A stretch of 64,000 nucleotides of DNA from Rhynchobatus australiae (GCA_034780895.1 JAUZTB010000064.1:60746570-60810569); one strand, 5' to 3'. Positions 41,668 through 55,020 are shown, numbered from the stretch's first letter. Notes: a model not told the origin generated them from the letters alone. Numbers and translations are program-made.

Positions 41668-42167
41668 GAATTAAAGCAATTCTGAAAGATACTATATTAT
41701 TTCCAGTGGCTCAAATAATTCTAGAGAAAATTGTGTTAGACATATCATTTATGAACATAGATAATATTTCCTTAAAGTTATTAACGAAAGGCCATCACAC
41801 TTTGAATTACCAGGTTGAATGTATTGAAGGTTTCGAAGGATCGGTATATTTAACAGCTAAAAGATTATCATAATTTACATGCACCCAACGAATAACAAAC
41901 TCAAACCTGTTAAATTTGCTATTAATTTAGAAATTCTTCAATATGCTAATTTTCCAAAACGAGAACACAGGATTGCACAGAGCACGTGGAAAGCAGACGC
42001 TGGTCATTAATTAGACACAGCCGTCGGTTACNNNNNNNNNNNNNNNNNNNNNNNNNNNNNNNNNNNNNNNNNNNNNNNNNNNNNNNNNNNNNNNNNNNNN
42101 NNNNNNNNNNNNNNNNNNNNNNNNNNNNNNNGTCGGTTACGGGGTTGTCATCAGCGCACACGATGTT

Positions 42168-42683
42168 TCATAGTTGCGTTACACTTGTAGTCGGTTCTAT
42201 CACAGTAGCGTGCTGTTCACTCACAGCTCCGTACACCGACTCATTTATATCTTCTTCTTTGAGTTTCTTGTATGAAATATCCGTCTCATCCTCGTCTGAT
42301 AGTTCTTGCTGCAGCCACATATCTCGTCTGTAGATTTTATATCCTAAAACAAACAGGGTGGCTTCTGTGGCTTGGAACAGAGCATAGAGCAGCGGGAACA
42401 TGTAGATGCCACCAATTATCTGGGGTGGGAAGGCCAACTTCAGGATGGCTGTACAGAGTTGCACGTTTTGGCATCCGGTCTCCAAGGAAACTGTCCTTTT
42501 GCAGTTGGGAGGTAGTTTGAAGAGGGTGGCCAGACCATAACCAGCAACGTATCCAATGAGCGGCATCAGCAGAGCCACAACGTATACAGAAGCTGGAATA
42601 GTGGCGAGAATAGCAGGACCCAGCATGGTGCCAGTGAGGATGAAGAGGATTAAAAGCGTGACCATCAAGGACCAGAGTGAAAC
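42168..42683 (-). CDS. SLC10A4: SLC10A4 exon 3 (stop)
   Basis: ctag acceptor. VSLWSLMVTLLILFILTG...CKRTVSLETGCQNVQLCTAILKLAFPP...DEDETDISYKKLKEE...VTQL*. Confidence 0.95.
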   Translation of the reverse strand, partial: VSLWSLMVTLLILFILTGTMLGPAILATIPASVYVVALLMPLIGYVAGYGLATLFKLPPNCKRTVSLETGCQNVQLCTAILKLAFPPQIIGGIYMFPLLYALFQATEATLFVLGYKIYRRDMWLQQELSDEDETDISYKKLKEEDINESVYGAVSEQHATVIEPTTSVTQL

Positions 42684-44116
42684 CTAGACGAGGATTTTGT
42701 TTTTTTTTGAAAAAGAAAATGTTTCCACTGTAAATTCGATTTCTATGCAATTAAATATTAGGACATTTTTTCTAAAAGTTGCAAGTTCTATACATTTGTT
42801 GTTGGTACCATTTAGACATACTGTAAACTACACGTGATTATAGATTTTGACGTCCGTGTAAAAATAAAGTAAATCGATCTATGTTTATAGCTAGTGACTC
42901 AGTCTGCACCCCGTTTTTGTTTTGATACCTTATAAAATGATTTCAGTTTTGCGGGTTACTCCTGAGTATTTATTTGAGTCACATTTAATCCTTGCGTATA
43001 GAGTGTTTTAAATTGTGTGATGTCTACATTCCTGATAAATCAGTATTCATAGCTTTTTCTAAAAAAAAGGTATTGAATTACAAAATAGTTAGAAGTAAAC
43101 ATTTAGAGTTGGGAACTGAAAGCTGTAGTTNNNNNNNNNNNNNNNNNNNNNNNNNNNNNNNNNNNNNNNNNNNNNNNNNCAGGCTAAGATTTCATCCCGT
43201 ACCACTTCACGGAATGAGACAATTCTATTTTACAACATAGCTGTACCGTGCTGGATTGAGTACCCTTTTGCTTGTCGTTTTCAATCATCTCTGAATGGAG
43301 AAAGGATCTGTGAATTGTGATTAATTCTTGTTTACCACGGTATTTAATAAGATGAAGTAATGTTGTGAAGCCTTAACTAATTAACTAAACTACAGGAACG
43401 GACAACACCACAGTTTAACATCTCGTTCCAAGTACAGCACCGACAACTACACTGGAAAGTGGGCATCTATTATGTACACGATGGATAACTGGGGTTAATT
43501 ACCAATTCAACTCTCAAACGATAACGAGTTGATGTTTTCTTGTTTCTGACAGCGCCTGAGCCAAAGTCAAAAGTTAAATTGATAATAATAAAGAATTCTT
43601 TGCTATTAAACTGTTGTTCCGAGGAAGGATCTTCGACCTGAGACGTTAACGCTATTTTACTTTCCACAGACACCTGCTGAGTATTCCCAGCATTTTCGGT
43701 TTTTGTTTCAGATTTCCAGCATCTGCCGGCTTTTTTGTTTTCTTTAGTTGTTTTGATAATTCATGACATCAAAAAAGCGATAAAGTCGCCTTTAAAACTT
43801 TGCACGCATTTAAGTTGTTAATCTTTAAAAACGGAAGATATTAAGACTGCTCAGGACACATTGGGAGGTGACTTGAGTGACTTGACCTGTTACTCAGGTC
43901 ACATGTGTTGAGGATACATTTTGACTGACTTGACCTGTCATTTTGTGCTTTGCCGCTTATATTTGAATAAGTCAAGACTCGGGATTGTAGTTTCGTTTGG
44001 CAAAAGCAGCGTTTATAAAAACACGACCAAAATTCAGAAACAAATGGCGCAACTCCTCAAATTGGAAAATCTCAATGGAGTATAAATGTGCTGACAGATG
44101 AACAGTGACCGATGAC

Positions 44117-44365
44117 AGTGTGAGGGTGATGGGGTGTGAGGGTCATTGGGGTGTGTGATGGGGTGTGAGGGTGATGGGGTGTGAGGGTCATTGGGGTGTG
44201 TGNNNNNNNNNNNNNNNNNNNNNNNNNNNNNNNNNNNNNNNNNNNNNNNNNNNNNNNNNNNNNNNNNNNNNNNNNNNNNNNNNNNNNNNNNNNNNNNNNN
44301 NNGTCATTGGGGTGTGTGATGGGGTGTGAGGGTGATGGGGTGTGAGGGTCATTGGGGTGTGTGAA
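44117..44365. repeat. GT-rich minisatellite (~49-bp higher-order unit) spanning a gap
   Basis: Repeated gtgtgagggtgatggg / gtgtgagggtcattggggtgtgtgatgg. Confidence 0.9.
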
Positions 44366-44699
44366 CAGTGACAATGGTTAACCGACCGAGTAGAGCGAGA
44401 TGACCACCTCCCATCTCCCTATTGCCTGCTCCAAGCCCTGCTCTTAAAATGCAGATTATAGTTTAATATCTTGTAATATATTTTAATTGCTTTTAGTATG
44501 CTTGGGTCACTTTCATTAAGTCTGATTCATACTTGAATTACAATGCACCATAACAAGCCCTTTGAGCAAAGAATCTGACAGCTCCCTGCTTCGTGAACGT
44601 TTTCCGTGCGAGGCGTGAGCGCGGGTCGATGCAGTCACGCAGGCAGGCGCTGCTCGCCAGCGAACCCCCTTCCACCTACCCCCTTCCCCGGTTACCTAC

Positions 44700-44910
44700 C
44701 TTGAGAAGAACGTCAGCAACTCTACCGTGTCTGAATCTGATGAAGATCCCCAGCCCAATGGGGATCAAAGTGCTGCAGAGAGTGAGAGTTATCGCCCCAA
44801 AGGGCATGAGTTGAACCACGGGGGTGTTAATCCAGGCTCGGCTGTAAATCCACAAGCACAAGGGCATCAGCAGCAGCGCCAGGAGTGTGGAGGACACGGT
44901 CATTATTATA
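44700..44910 (-). CDS. SLC10A4: SLC10A4 exon 2
   Basis: ccag acceptor completes S (AG|T). IIMTVSSTLLALLLMPLCLWIYSRAWINTPVVQLMPFGAITLTLCSTLIPIGLGIFIRFRHGRVADVLLK, then aag|gtaggt donor. Confidence 0.95.
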
Positions 44911-45259
44911 CTGGGGGGTAAAATGCAGAGGACATGTGTATCAGACCCGTCCCTGTGGGTGAGTCGTGGAGCTCCCGCATCAGCGCGGTCGCCGCACGGT
45001 CAGTGCTCGAGTCGTTGATACAGGGGCTCTGTTCACCTTCTCGGGCAGACCCCACCATCGGCCAGCTCAGCACCACACTCTCCTTCACAAACACAACCCC
45101 CACACCCCCAACCCAAACTCTCACTCCCCACACCCTCCCTCGCGCCCCACTACCTCANNNNNNNNNNNNNNNNNNNNNNNNNNNNNNNNNNNNNNNNNNN
45201 NNNNNNNNNNNNNNNNNNNNNNNNNNNNNNNNNNNNNNNNNNNNNNNNNNNNNNNNNTG

Positions 45260-45830
45260 TATCTATACTTACTATCCCTTCATCTTTTGGAAAGTCTATA
45301 TACACATAAAACCCTCTCTTGTCTATTTTAAAGACCCCTATAAACCTCTGGAGGATGTCCTTCATGTCTGATTCTCTTTATCGATAAGAATGGGTTCCAT
45401 GTGCCTGTCTAACAGCCTTCTCAATTTGTTCTTCCACCTTCAAAAAAAATTGCATTTTGAAACCCTTGTTCCTGCACATCCTGTAAAATTGTGCTATTTG
45501 TTCTTTATTATCTCTCACCTCAAATATATTGCTTCACACTTTTCTCTATTAACTTTTGTCTACCATGCATTTGCCATTTTGGTCCATTTGTTTCTCAAAT
45601 CTTTTCCTGTCCTTTTCATTATTTACTACATTTTCAAGTTTCATATCATCTGCAAACTTTGAAATTATGCCATTATACTCAAGTCCAGGCCAATAATATT
45701 TATCACAATCATAATGTATATCCTAATACTGACAGGCCTGTGTCTGAAAAATAACCTTGCACCACTATTATCTGCTGTCTCCTTCTTGGCAAACTTTGTA
45801 TCCATGCTTTTATCCATGCTATAGTTCCTT
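45260..45830 (-). mobile_element. Degenerate CR1 LINE fragment
   Basis: Reverse CR1 RT remnants (atcatctgcaaacttt, gtgtctgaaaaataaccttgcaccacta). Confidence 0.5.
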
Positions 45831-47884
45831 TAACTATATATCCTTTGATGGTGCTAACATGATTTCTTCTGGATAGGAGAATTAAAATTCAAGCCACTGA
45901 TTCAGCAGAAGCATCCTACAATAAATTTCAACAGCAAGATAGTGAGGGACTGGGTATTTGGAAAAGGAAAAGGCTGTGTTAATGTTTATAGAATTTCTGG
46001 ACAATATCTACAAAAATGGTAGTTAGTTAATGCACAGACATTTGCGGTAGTCTGGGTTTTCTATTGATAACCTGGCTAAATTCTTAAAACATCAAACTAA
46101 TGTTGTTTTTACCAAAATGCCTTAAGAAATAAATACATAATTTATAAAAAGTTATCCCCTTGATGAAAGGGAGGAATGTTGCAAACTATCTACATAGGAG
46201 TATACTATATACAGCTGGCAAAATGTGAATAAAGAAATGACATTTACATTTTTATTTTATATAATGGAGTTTCCCCTTTTATGGTTAACATCATAAAGTA
46301 CAACTGACTACTGATTAAGCAAAATCAAGTAATCGTAATTGTTATTAATATTTATTCTTTCCCACCTAGCCATTATTTGTTCAATTAAATCAGATTTATT
46401 AAAACAAAGTATTAATGATTCCAAGGTTATGTACCATACAAAATGCAATGAATGTGGCTACTTCCTAAACAAATTGATACAATATTTTTGTTTCCTTAAA
46501 GACTACTGATTTAGATATGTTTAAGCAACCCCTTTGAATTCAAGTTTAGGCTTCCATTTTGATACTGAAAATTAATGAAACTGATGCAAATATCTTGGCT
46601 GAAGACAGTAACTTCAAACTTGATTAGTTATAGACTTTAATAATTCATATATTTTGGTAATACTCATTTTTAAAGTAGAAAATTCAAAGATGCAGAATAA
46701 ATGCCTCTGGATTTGGTTGGTTCTCTGTGATTCACTGAAAACATCCTAAGCTCAGTCATTTTTTCCAATGCATTAATTTGTGTGCCATATTACAAGCCAG
46801 TGTTGGACTTTGGGATACATCTCATGACATTTTTTTTCAAAATAATACATTGATCATATACTGCCCAGGAGATGCCAATTATTACAAACTCTGACTAGTA
46901 ATCCAGATAAGTAGATTAAATTATCTGGGGATGCATGGTCAAATTCTATCATAGGAACTGAGATTAAATTTTGTTACGTAAAGATAATCTGAAATAAAGG
47001 AACTGGTTTGAATAAGGGTGACTGTAAGACGACAAACTCACTCACTGTGTCGAACTGGCAGGAGAGAACTCAGGAGGTGAGTGAGTGGAGCCAAGCAAGA
47101 AGAACCTGGATGTAGACGTTCAATGACCTTACATGAATGGTCAGGTTAGTGAATGTGACTTCAACTGCCATCTGCCAACATTGAAGGGACACAACGTAAT
47201 GGGGAGGGGAGTGACTACAGTAGTGAATGCATCAATCCTTCTCTCATCCCACCTCCCCCTCATCCTGCAATTTCTTCTGATCTCCAACTGGTTGAAGCAT
47301 GGCAACACTTGCGGGCTGTCCTCAGAACACTCTGTGCAAAGGATGTATTTCACTGTGTGTTTTGATGTACATGTGACTAAGAAAGATATCTAATCTAAGA
47401 GCCTTGGTTTATTCCTACTCCCCCATTGTCCTGACATGCACCCTTCTTCATTCAGCTATCCACGATCTGCAACCTGGTGTGACAGAGGATGAAGAAGGTA
47501 CATGACGAAGGAGAAGAGACCAAATAGACAGGAACCACATTGTAAGTTACTGGGCATGGGTCACCTCCTGGCAGGGCAGGAGGAAAGGTTACCTCAAGAG
47601 CAACCTCCCAGAGGGAATGGTCGCATGAGTTTGCTGCACAGAGCTCAGATGGGGGCTTTGATGCGACAATCTATGGAAGAAAGACAAATGGTTTGTCCAA
47701 TGACTTGCTTGAGGTATTGACCACAGAATCAGGGAGTGAGGAGGAGTAGAGTACAAACCTTGTAGGGGACTTGCATGGAACTTTGATCCCGTTCTTTCCC
47801 GTGGCGGGCAACCCCATTGGCACACTGAAGTCAGATGTGATCAAGCACCTGGTGAGCCATGTCTTGGCATCAGCAGATGCCAAG

Positions 47885-48110
47885 TAGTTCCATAAGACCA
47901 TAAGATAGAGGAGCAGAATTAGACCATTCAGCTCATCGAGTCTGTTCTGCCATGACTGATTTTTTTTTAACCCCATTCTCCCACCTACTCCTCATAACCC
48001 TTAACCCCTTTACCAATCAAGAACCTATCAACCTTTGCCTGAAATACACCCAGCGACTTGGCCTCCACAGCCCTCTGTGGCAAAAAAAATCCACAGGTTC
48101 CCCACCCTCT
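47885..48110 (-). mobile_element. CR1 LINE 3' tail
   Basis: cataagaccataagatagaggagcagaattagaccattcagc...ggcctccacagccctctgtggc. Confidence 0.75.
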
Positions 48111-48949
48111 GAGAATTACCCAGAGCAGTGGCTACAGTTCTGTGGAGAATAAATCTTCTGCCCCCACCCGCAGGGTGAACAGAATTCCTGATTTGCTTTG
48201 CCAGTGCCCCTGTTGTTACACGTCAGTGATCCAGCCCAGACTGTCGATGCTCATCGTGAGGCAGTCTGAACCAGACACAGGGAGGTTTGAGCGTACACGA
48301 GGCTTCCTTCCCTGCAGTGTCAGTGGCACCACGCAGGACAAGAGCATGTGAAAGGAGAAGTGCCCAAAGATTGGGCTCGGGGAGCCATTTTCAAATCCAC
48401 GCAGAAGGCCGAGGACACAGTTGCTGCAGGCACCTTGCCAGCACGTGGAGATCAACCGGAAAGGACAAGGGCACCCTCCAGTATACAACCCTGGAGTAAG
48501 GTCACTCACACAAAATTCTACTGTGTCTATTGGTCCCACTGCAGGCACTGCCCTCGAGCACTAAAGCAATTCTTAACCAGAGAGTTGAGGCCTGAGTCAC
48601 TGATTTGCATCCGAGATCCTCCAGGGAAGTGTTTACTTCAAAACTTCTTACTTGAAGACCATCTTGCCTCCTTCACCTGATCCTATCTCTGGTTGTCCAT
48701 GATCTATTCCTTCCACCCAACCATACTCTGACAACCATCTATCCAAACTCAGCGATCCTCTTGCCAACAGCACTACTTTGATCTCCACCCTCCACAATAG
48801 AGGGAGTTTGTGGTATTCATGCTTGGGTTTTATTCAGGGTGCCAAGCCAAGATTTGCGCATGTTAAATATGGCCCAAGGGTCATTGTTTGTGAGCCATTA
48901 TATTAAGAGAATGCACAAGGGTGATTTGCTGATTTTGGTATTTGATGTA

Positions 48950-49470
48950 TAAAACTGGAGTATCGTGCTCAGTGCTGGCCGTCTCATTATAGGAAGGATG
49001 TGGAAGCTTCAGAGAGGGTGCCTGAAATGGAAAGCATGTCATATGAGGATAGGCTGAGTGAGCTGGCACTTTTCTCTTTGGAGAGAAAGAGGATGAGAGG
49101 TGACTTGATAGAGGTGTACAAGATGACAAGAGGCACTGATAGAGTGGACAGTCAGAAACTTTTTTCCAGGGCGAAAAGGGCTAACACGTGGGGGCTTAAT
49201 TTTAAAGTGATTGGAGGAAGGTATAAGGGGGATGTCAGAGGTAAGTTTTTTTTATACACAGAGAGTGGTGGAGAACACACTGCTGGCAGAGGTTGTGGGG
49301 GCAGATACATTAGGGACACATTTAAGAGACTCTTGGATAGCCACATGATGATAGAAAAATGGAGAACTGTGTGGGAGGGAAGTGTTAGATGGATATTAGA
49401 GCAGCATAAAATGTCGGTACAACATTGTGGGCCGAAGGATCTGTACTGTGCTGTGATGTTCTATGTTCTA
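48950..49470 (+). mobile_element. CR1 LINE 3' end (relatively young)
   Basis: ORF 49000-49566 contains SYEDRLSELALFSLERKRMRGDLIEVYKM...RGKFF; short tandem tail ttctatgttctatgttcta. Confidence 0.88.
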
Positions 49471-50025
49471 TGTTCTATTTTCATCTTGTATTGGTACATA
49501 TATATGTATGTATTACAGCCAAGCAGATGCAAAGATGGTATCAAACCAGCAATGCATGAATATTGAAGCTATGATATGCCCAATCTGTCTCCTTCTAGAA
49601 TCACCCTTATTAATATCCTTCCCAACAAGGTGACTAGCATGATTTTCACTGCAATTGTATGTGGAGAGATCAGGCACCTTGTAGGAATTAATTTGACACC
49701 TACTGTACACAAAATGTTGGTGCAACATGGGGATCCCGTGACCCTCAATGGCTTGCTGAGATACATTTTTGACTTTGAATACAGGGGAGAAATGAGAAAT
49801 GCTACTTTCAAACCTTGAATTCTCCCACTTTAGGAAATCCCCACCCCACCACTCATCTTCTCTTCTTCCCTTTCCTAGCCTCATTTTCTCTTCCTTTTTG
49901 TTTCCTTTCTCTCCCTACCCATAACCCATCCCCTGGTGGATCTGCTCTCCCCTCCTCCTCTGCACCTGCCTATCACTATCTTTGACCTGCATCTACCTAT
50001 CGCCCCCCCCGCCCCCCCGCTTTAC

Positions 50026-50501
50026 CTGAGGTTCATGTCTCCGTTAACCAGAAGGGCCATGATGTTGGAGAGGTTGCCGCCCGGGCAGCAGCCGCACAGC
50101 AGCACGGCGACGGCCGCCACCTCGGGGAGGGCGAAGAGCAGGGCGAGGAGGAAGGCCACCATGGGCATGATGACAAACTGGGCGATGGCAGCCAGCGCAA
50201 CCCCCACCGGCCTCCTGAGGTGGGCTCCCAGCCGCGGCAGCTCCACCGCGCAGCCCAGACCCAGCATGCTGAAGGCCAGCAGCGCCGCCACCAACACGTT
50301 GATGCCTTGGCTCAGGCCGGAGTCCCAGAAGGGCTTGGCATGAGGCTGCCCAGGAGTGGGAACCTCCGGGCTCCCCCCGCAGCTGGATCCCTGCACATCT
50401 GGCGGGCCGCTGAAGCCCGCAGTTGTGCCCGTGGGACCGCTCACGTCCAGGACGGTGGTTGGCGTCCAGGTGGCATTAAGCGGGGAGGTAGAGTTTTCCA
50501 T
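50026..50501 (-). CDS. SLC10A4: SLC10A4 (sodium/bile acid cotransporter family member 4) exon 1; full protein 400 aa
   Basis: MENSTSPLNATW...FWDSGLSQGINVLV...MLGLGC...AQFVIMP...LLCGCCPGGNLSNIMALLVNGDMNL, then ag|gtaaag donor. SBF-family motifs; syntenic with ZAR1. Confidence 0.95.
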
Positions 50502-50577
50502 CCCGGCTCCGCCTGGTCAGAGCCAAGGAAGCAAACGCCCTGCTTCCCTCCCAGGAGCTCGGGCAGCCCACGCTGCA

Positions 50578-50634
50578 TTTATATCGGCTGGGAATCTGCT
50601 TCTCCAATGGTCGCTTCCAGCGGGATCTTATTGG
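50578..50634 (-). promoter_or_regulatory. SLC10A4 core promoter (TATAAA and CCAAT) at the edge of a CpG-rich region (~50000-53600)
   Basis: TATAAA on - at 50583-50578, ~80 nt upstream of the ATG; CCAAT on - at 50634-50630; high CpG density. Confidence 0.6.
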
Positions 50635-52064
50635 CGAGAGGGCAGTCCTCGCCCCTGTTCAATACAAGTCTGATTAGCATCTCGTAAAGTCAAACGCAAC
50701 CCACCCCCCTCCCCCCCCCCGCTCTGCACAAGCCTCCCGTTTCACCCTGCCCGCACCGCTTTGCTCTCGCTAACCTTTCAGTTTGGTTCGCGGTACTTCT
50801 GGGGGTTTGCGCTCCTGGGATTAAATGCCACAGTTGCACCTCGCGGTCGGACGCACGGGGAGCGGGACTGGCCGGGGATGGTGTCTGTGGACCTTGTTTC
50901 ATTCGGGATTTCTTCAAGCCATCACGAATGCTCGTAACGTTTCACGAGAGGCGGGGAGACAGCCGACCTTGTGTCTGTCTCTGGTCTCCGGGTGCCGGGA
51001 CTGCGCCTATGGTGAGAAGGCAAAATGCCCACACCCGGCGCTTTGGCAGTTTGACCGCACGGTCCTGGGNNNNNNNNNNCTGGGAGAGGACAAAACCATG
51101 CGTCTGTCAAAAGCCAGTTTTGCTCCCGATTTAAATGCAGTTTCCCCCCTTGGGTCACCCTGCCCCGCGTTCAAACAGTGCCCGAGCCTGTAGCCGGTCC
51201 TGCGAGAGGATCCCCCTCCGCCCACACCGCCAGCTCTCTGTGCAAAGCCTCCCCGACCCTCGGCTTAACGGGCACTGAGACATTAAGGCGAGTAATCGTA
51301 TGTGAAGTGGTTTCAGAGTTTTAACAACCGGAACGTCGGTCGCCTCTGCATTTGGGCGCTAATTGTGAATCCAGTTCAAGTCCTAACTGATCCCAGTGTG
51401 GAGCGGAGCGGGTTCATTGCAAAGACAACTCATCCCCAGCCCCGGTCTGAGCTGCGTTACTTTTGCAAACGAGCTTCACCGAGGAAGGCGCTTCGATGTT
51501 CGCCCTGAGGTGGAGCCAGTTGGACAAGGTGGGAGAAAGCCGTTAAAAGACAGCAGCAGGACTCCCGACGGAGCGAACACACACAGAGTCCAGTGCAACG
51601 AACAATCTGCTGGTGGAGCTCAGCGGGTCGAGCAGCATTTGTGGGAGGAAAGAAGGAGCTGTCGGCATTCCTCCGGCAGATTGTCTGCTGCTCCAGATTT
51701 CAGCATCTGCGGTCTCTTGTGTCACACGCAGAATTCAGACGGCTCCTAACCGTCTGTTTACTGTACATTTGGGCTTTCTTTTTTTAAAAAGTATTGAAGC
51801 AGCAGGTGCTGACATCTGAGTTACTGTTTTGAAGGGGGGGGGAACCAAGTCAAACGGCGGGACGTGCAAAACTCCCCCCAACCCTCTTTTAAGTCCCTCT
51901 CTATCTTTTCTAAACGGTGGAAACCCCGGAACATTAAGTATCCGGCGCCGTCCTTCTCTCAACCAGACCTCTGCAATGGCCACAGCATCACAGGTATTGA
52001 TCCATACTGATGCTCTCTCTCGACCCATGTTGGCTGAGCTCCTCAGGTGATCGGGGTCGGCGGC

Positions 52065-52220
52065 TCCACCTGCAATGCACTTCCCTGTAGCTGTACTCTG
52101 TTATTGTTTTTACCCTGTACTACCTCTATGTACTGTGTAATGAATTGACCTGCACGAAATGTATGCAAGACAAGTTTTTCACTGTACCTCGGTGCAAGTG
52201 ACAATAATAAACCAATACAC
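52065..52220 (+). mobile_element. 3' tail of the Rex/L2-type LINE family also seen at 53985-55020 (opposite orientation)
   Basis: ttgttattgtttttaccctgtactacctc...ttttcactgtacctcgg..aagtgacaataataaacc is the reverse complement of ~53985-54170. Confidence 0.7.
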
Positions 52221-53984
52221 CAAGGTCGAAGTGCCTGCATTACCTTATCAATACTTCCAGATTTGGTTAAAACAAGACCAGTGAAACGATGACCAGCGGA
52301 CATCGCTGGATAAACTGGGCGCTTAAGCAGATGGCGCTGGGGGGCCGGGTCAGATGGCCCCGGGGCGGCACCTTACACAACCGGTTCCCATTCCGTTGCG
52401 CTCACTCTCCACCCACGCCCGACCGCCTTTCTCAATGTCATTGGCCAAGCGCCGTGCTAACTAGTGGCAGCTGTGAGAGCGCCCGGTCACACTGCGAGGT
52501 GCGAGGAACGGTCCCAGAGATTGGAACTGGGTTTGATTTCAAGATGAAAGGTCAGTAAAGCCTGACGACTGCGGCCTCAGGGTGATCCAGTTTAGACCCC
52601 CCTCCGCTCCCCGGCGACATTCTCAGTGACACCGCCGGCTCCTCCCTGGTTCCCCGTCCCCAGCCTCGGGGTCTCACTGCCGCTCCGCACCCCTCACCCG
52701 CCACCCCTACTCGCCAGTGTAACGCAGCTCAGGAGACCCCGTAATGTTGGAAGTAATATTGTCGCGGTGTAATATGCTCACCGCGGCACCTCCCCAGCCC
52801 GACCAGCAATCGCGGCTCCTGCTGCTTAAGGTTTTAAGGTTTAAGTTTCCACAACTTCGGTTGTGGAAAGATCCACAGCGCAGGTCAATGGGACTAGCGG
52901 AATAACATTTCGGCACAGACTAGAAGGGCCGAATAGCCTGTTTTCTGTGCTGTAGTGATCTATGGTTCTAGCGACTCAGCCCGGCCTTATCCCCAGCAGC
53001 CTAGGATATTATCTCAACGTTGTGAGGCTGCGAGCTCCCGGTACAATCTGTTTGCTAATTTTCGAGACATAGGAGGGCGGGGGGATTCAGTCCGAACACA
53101 GACTCCGAGAAACAGCAGTCGCCTCTTCGGTGCTGAGAGAAGGAGAAATTCAGGTCTGACGCCGGCAGAGATCAGGGTTCCGCACCTCCCACTGCACCGG
53201 GTGTGGTCACTGCCATCCACCCTGGGTGTGGTTGGCGTAGGGCTGGTGCTGGAATGTACTTCATGACCGAGAGAGTGGATTCCCCGGCTCACTGGGTGCG
53301 GACAATTGTCAGCAGATCTCTTGAAGCTGCCCCGCTGATCTGATCGGTGGCACCTTTCCCGCCTGTTCCCCGCAGCCTTTGTGGTCCAAACATCCAAACC
53401 GTGAATGTACTCAGTGCCCACAGCGCCGCAATTCTCCAAGCGAACCAATTCCTCCCCATTTTAAAGAGAGACACGCAAGACTGCGGATGCTGGAATCTGG
53501 GGCGACACACAATGTGCAGGAGGGACTCAGCGGGTCAGGTCTCGACCGGGAATGTCGACCGTCCTTTTCCCTCCACAGATGCTGACTGGCCCCACTGAGT
53601 TTCTCCAGCGCTTTGTGTGTTCCTCCCCATTTTAATCCTACGCGGGTGACCCTTTATCCCAAAAGTACGCCTAGTTCTCCATTCCTCTACCAGGGGAAAT
53701 ATCCTCACATCATATTCCCCATTTCAGCTGGGTCTGACTTCTTCAATACTCATTGTGTATTTGCTTACCTGACGAGAAAAAAGAAAGTGCTGCTAAATAC
53801 AATGGTCAGGAATTGAACAATTGCACTGTAGCACTGTGCATGCAGGTGCTGTTATCACCCCATTTGAATGTAAATTCTAAAGGCAGTTCCAACCACATTC
53901 CACCGTAGCCCTGCCCTGTTCAGTGACTAGAACTCTACTATTTGTCTCTGTCACTGTTCTGATACAAAGTTGCATTAAATGTAA

Positions 53985-55020
53985 ATTGATAATTTGGTTT
54001 ACTAGGGTCATGCGTACCAATGTACAGTAAAAAAAAACGTTGTTTTGCACGCCATGCATACAGATCGTTTCATCACATCAGTCCATTGAGGTAGTACAAG
54101 GGAAAACAATAGCAGAGTGCAGAATAAAGTGTGGCAGTTACAGAGAAAGGGCAGTGCAGGCAGATGATAAAGTGCAAGGCCATACCGAAGTAGATTGTGA
54201 GGTCAGGAGTCCATCTTATAGTAGGAGGGAACCGATCAATGGTCCTATAACAGCAGGATAGAAGCTGCCCTTGAGCCTGGTGGTACATGCTTTCAGGTTT
54301 TTGTATCTTCTGCCCAATGGGAGGGGGGAGATTAGAGACTGTCAGGGGTGGGTGCGGTCTTTAATTATATTGGCTGCGTCATTGAGGCAGGGAGAATTGT
54401 AGACATGGAGGCTTGGTTGGTTTCTGTGATGTGCTAGCTGAGTCAACAGCTCTCTGCAGCTTCTTGCTGTGTGGAGCAGAGCAATTGCCATATTAAGCCA
54501 TGATGCATCCAGATAGGAAGTATGCCTCCTGAGGAAGTAGAGANNNNNNNNNNNNNNNNNNNNNNNNNNNNNNNNNNNNNNNNNNNNNNNNNNNNNNNNN
54601 NNNNNNNNNNNNNNNNNNNNNNNNNNNNNNNNNNNNNNNNNNNGCCATGATGCATCCAGATAGGAAGTATGCCTCCTGAGGAAGTAGAGACACTGGTGAG
54701 CTTACTTGGCTGTGGCGTCTATGTGTTTGGACCAGGACAGGCTGTTGGTGATGTTCACTTCTGGGAATTTGAAGCTCTCAATCTTCTCGACCGCAGCACT
54801 GTTGATGTAAGCAGGAACGTGTGCACTACACCCTTCCCGAAGTCTATGACCAGCTCTTTTATTTTGCTGTCATTGAGGGAAAGGTTGTTGTCATGGCACC
54901 AGGTCACTAGGCTCTCTTTCTCCTTCCCGTACTCCAACTCTCCAACTCATCATTATTTGAGATTCAGCCCACTACAGAGCTATCATCTGCAAACTTGTTG
55001 GTAGAATTGGAGCAGAATGT
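53985..55020 (-). mobile_element. Rex-Babar/L2-like LINE 3' fragment
   Basis: Minus-strand KFADD.. and ESLVTWCHDNNLSLNDSKIKELVIDF motifs. Confidence 0.8.

Noticed and set aside
43239-43256. Possible REST/RE1 site in SLC10A4 intron 2 (agctgtaccgtgctgga)
   Set aside because: Half-site spacing and bases deviate from the RE1 consensus; not supportable.
44117-44365. Regularly spaced repeats resembling a CRISPR array
   Set aside because: No unique spacers and a eukaryotic intron context; simple minisatellite.
49000-49566. 188-aa ORF as a novel gene
   Set aside because: It is the CR1 LINE ORF2 C-terminus running into the element tail.
49936-50687. Plus-strand ORFs antisense to SLC10A4 exon 1 (similar ones overlap ZAR1 exon 1)
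   Set aside because: Expected by-product of GC-rich coding sequence with few stops on the opposite strand.
54497-54690. Identical ~47-bp repeat either side of a 100-N gap
   Set aside because: Unmerged contig overlap, not a biological duplication.
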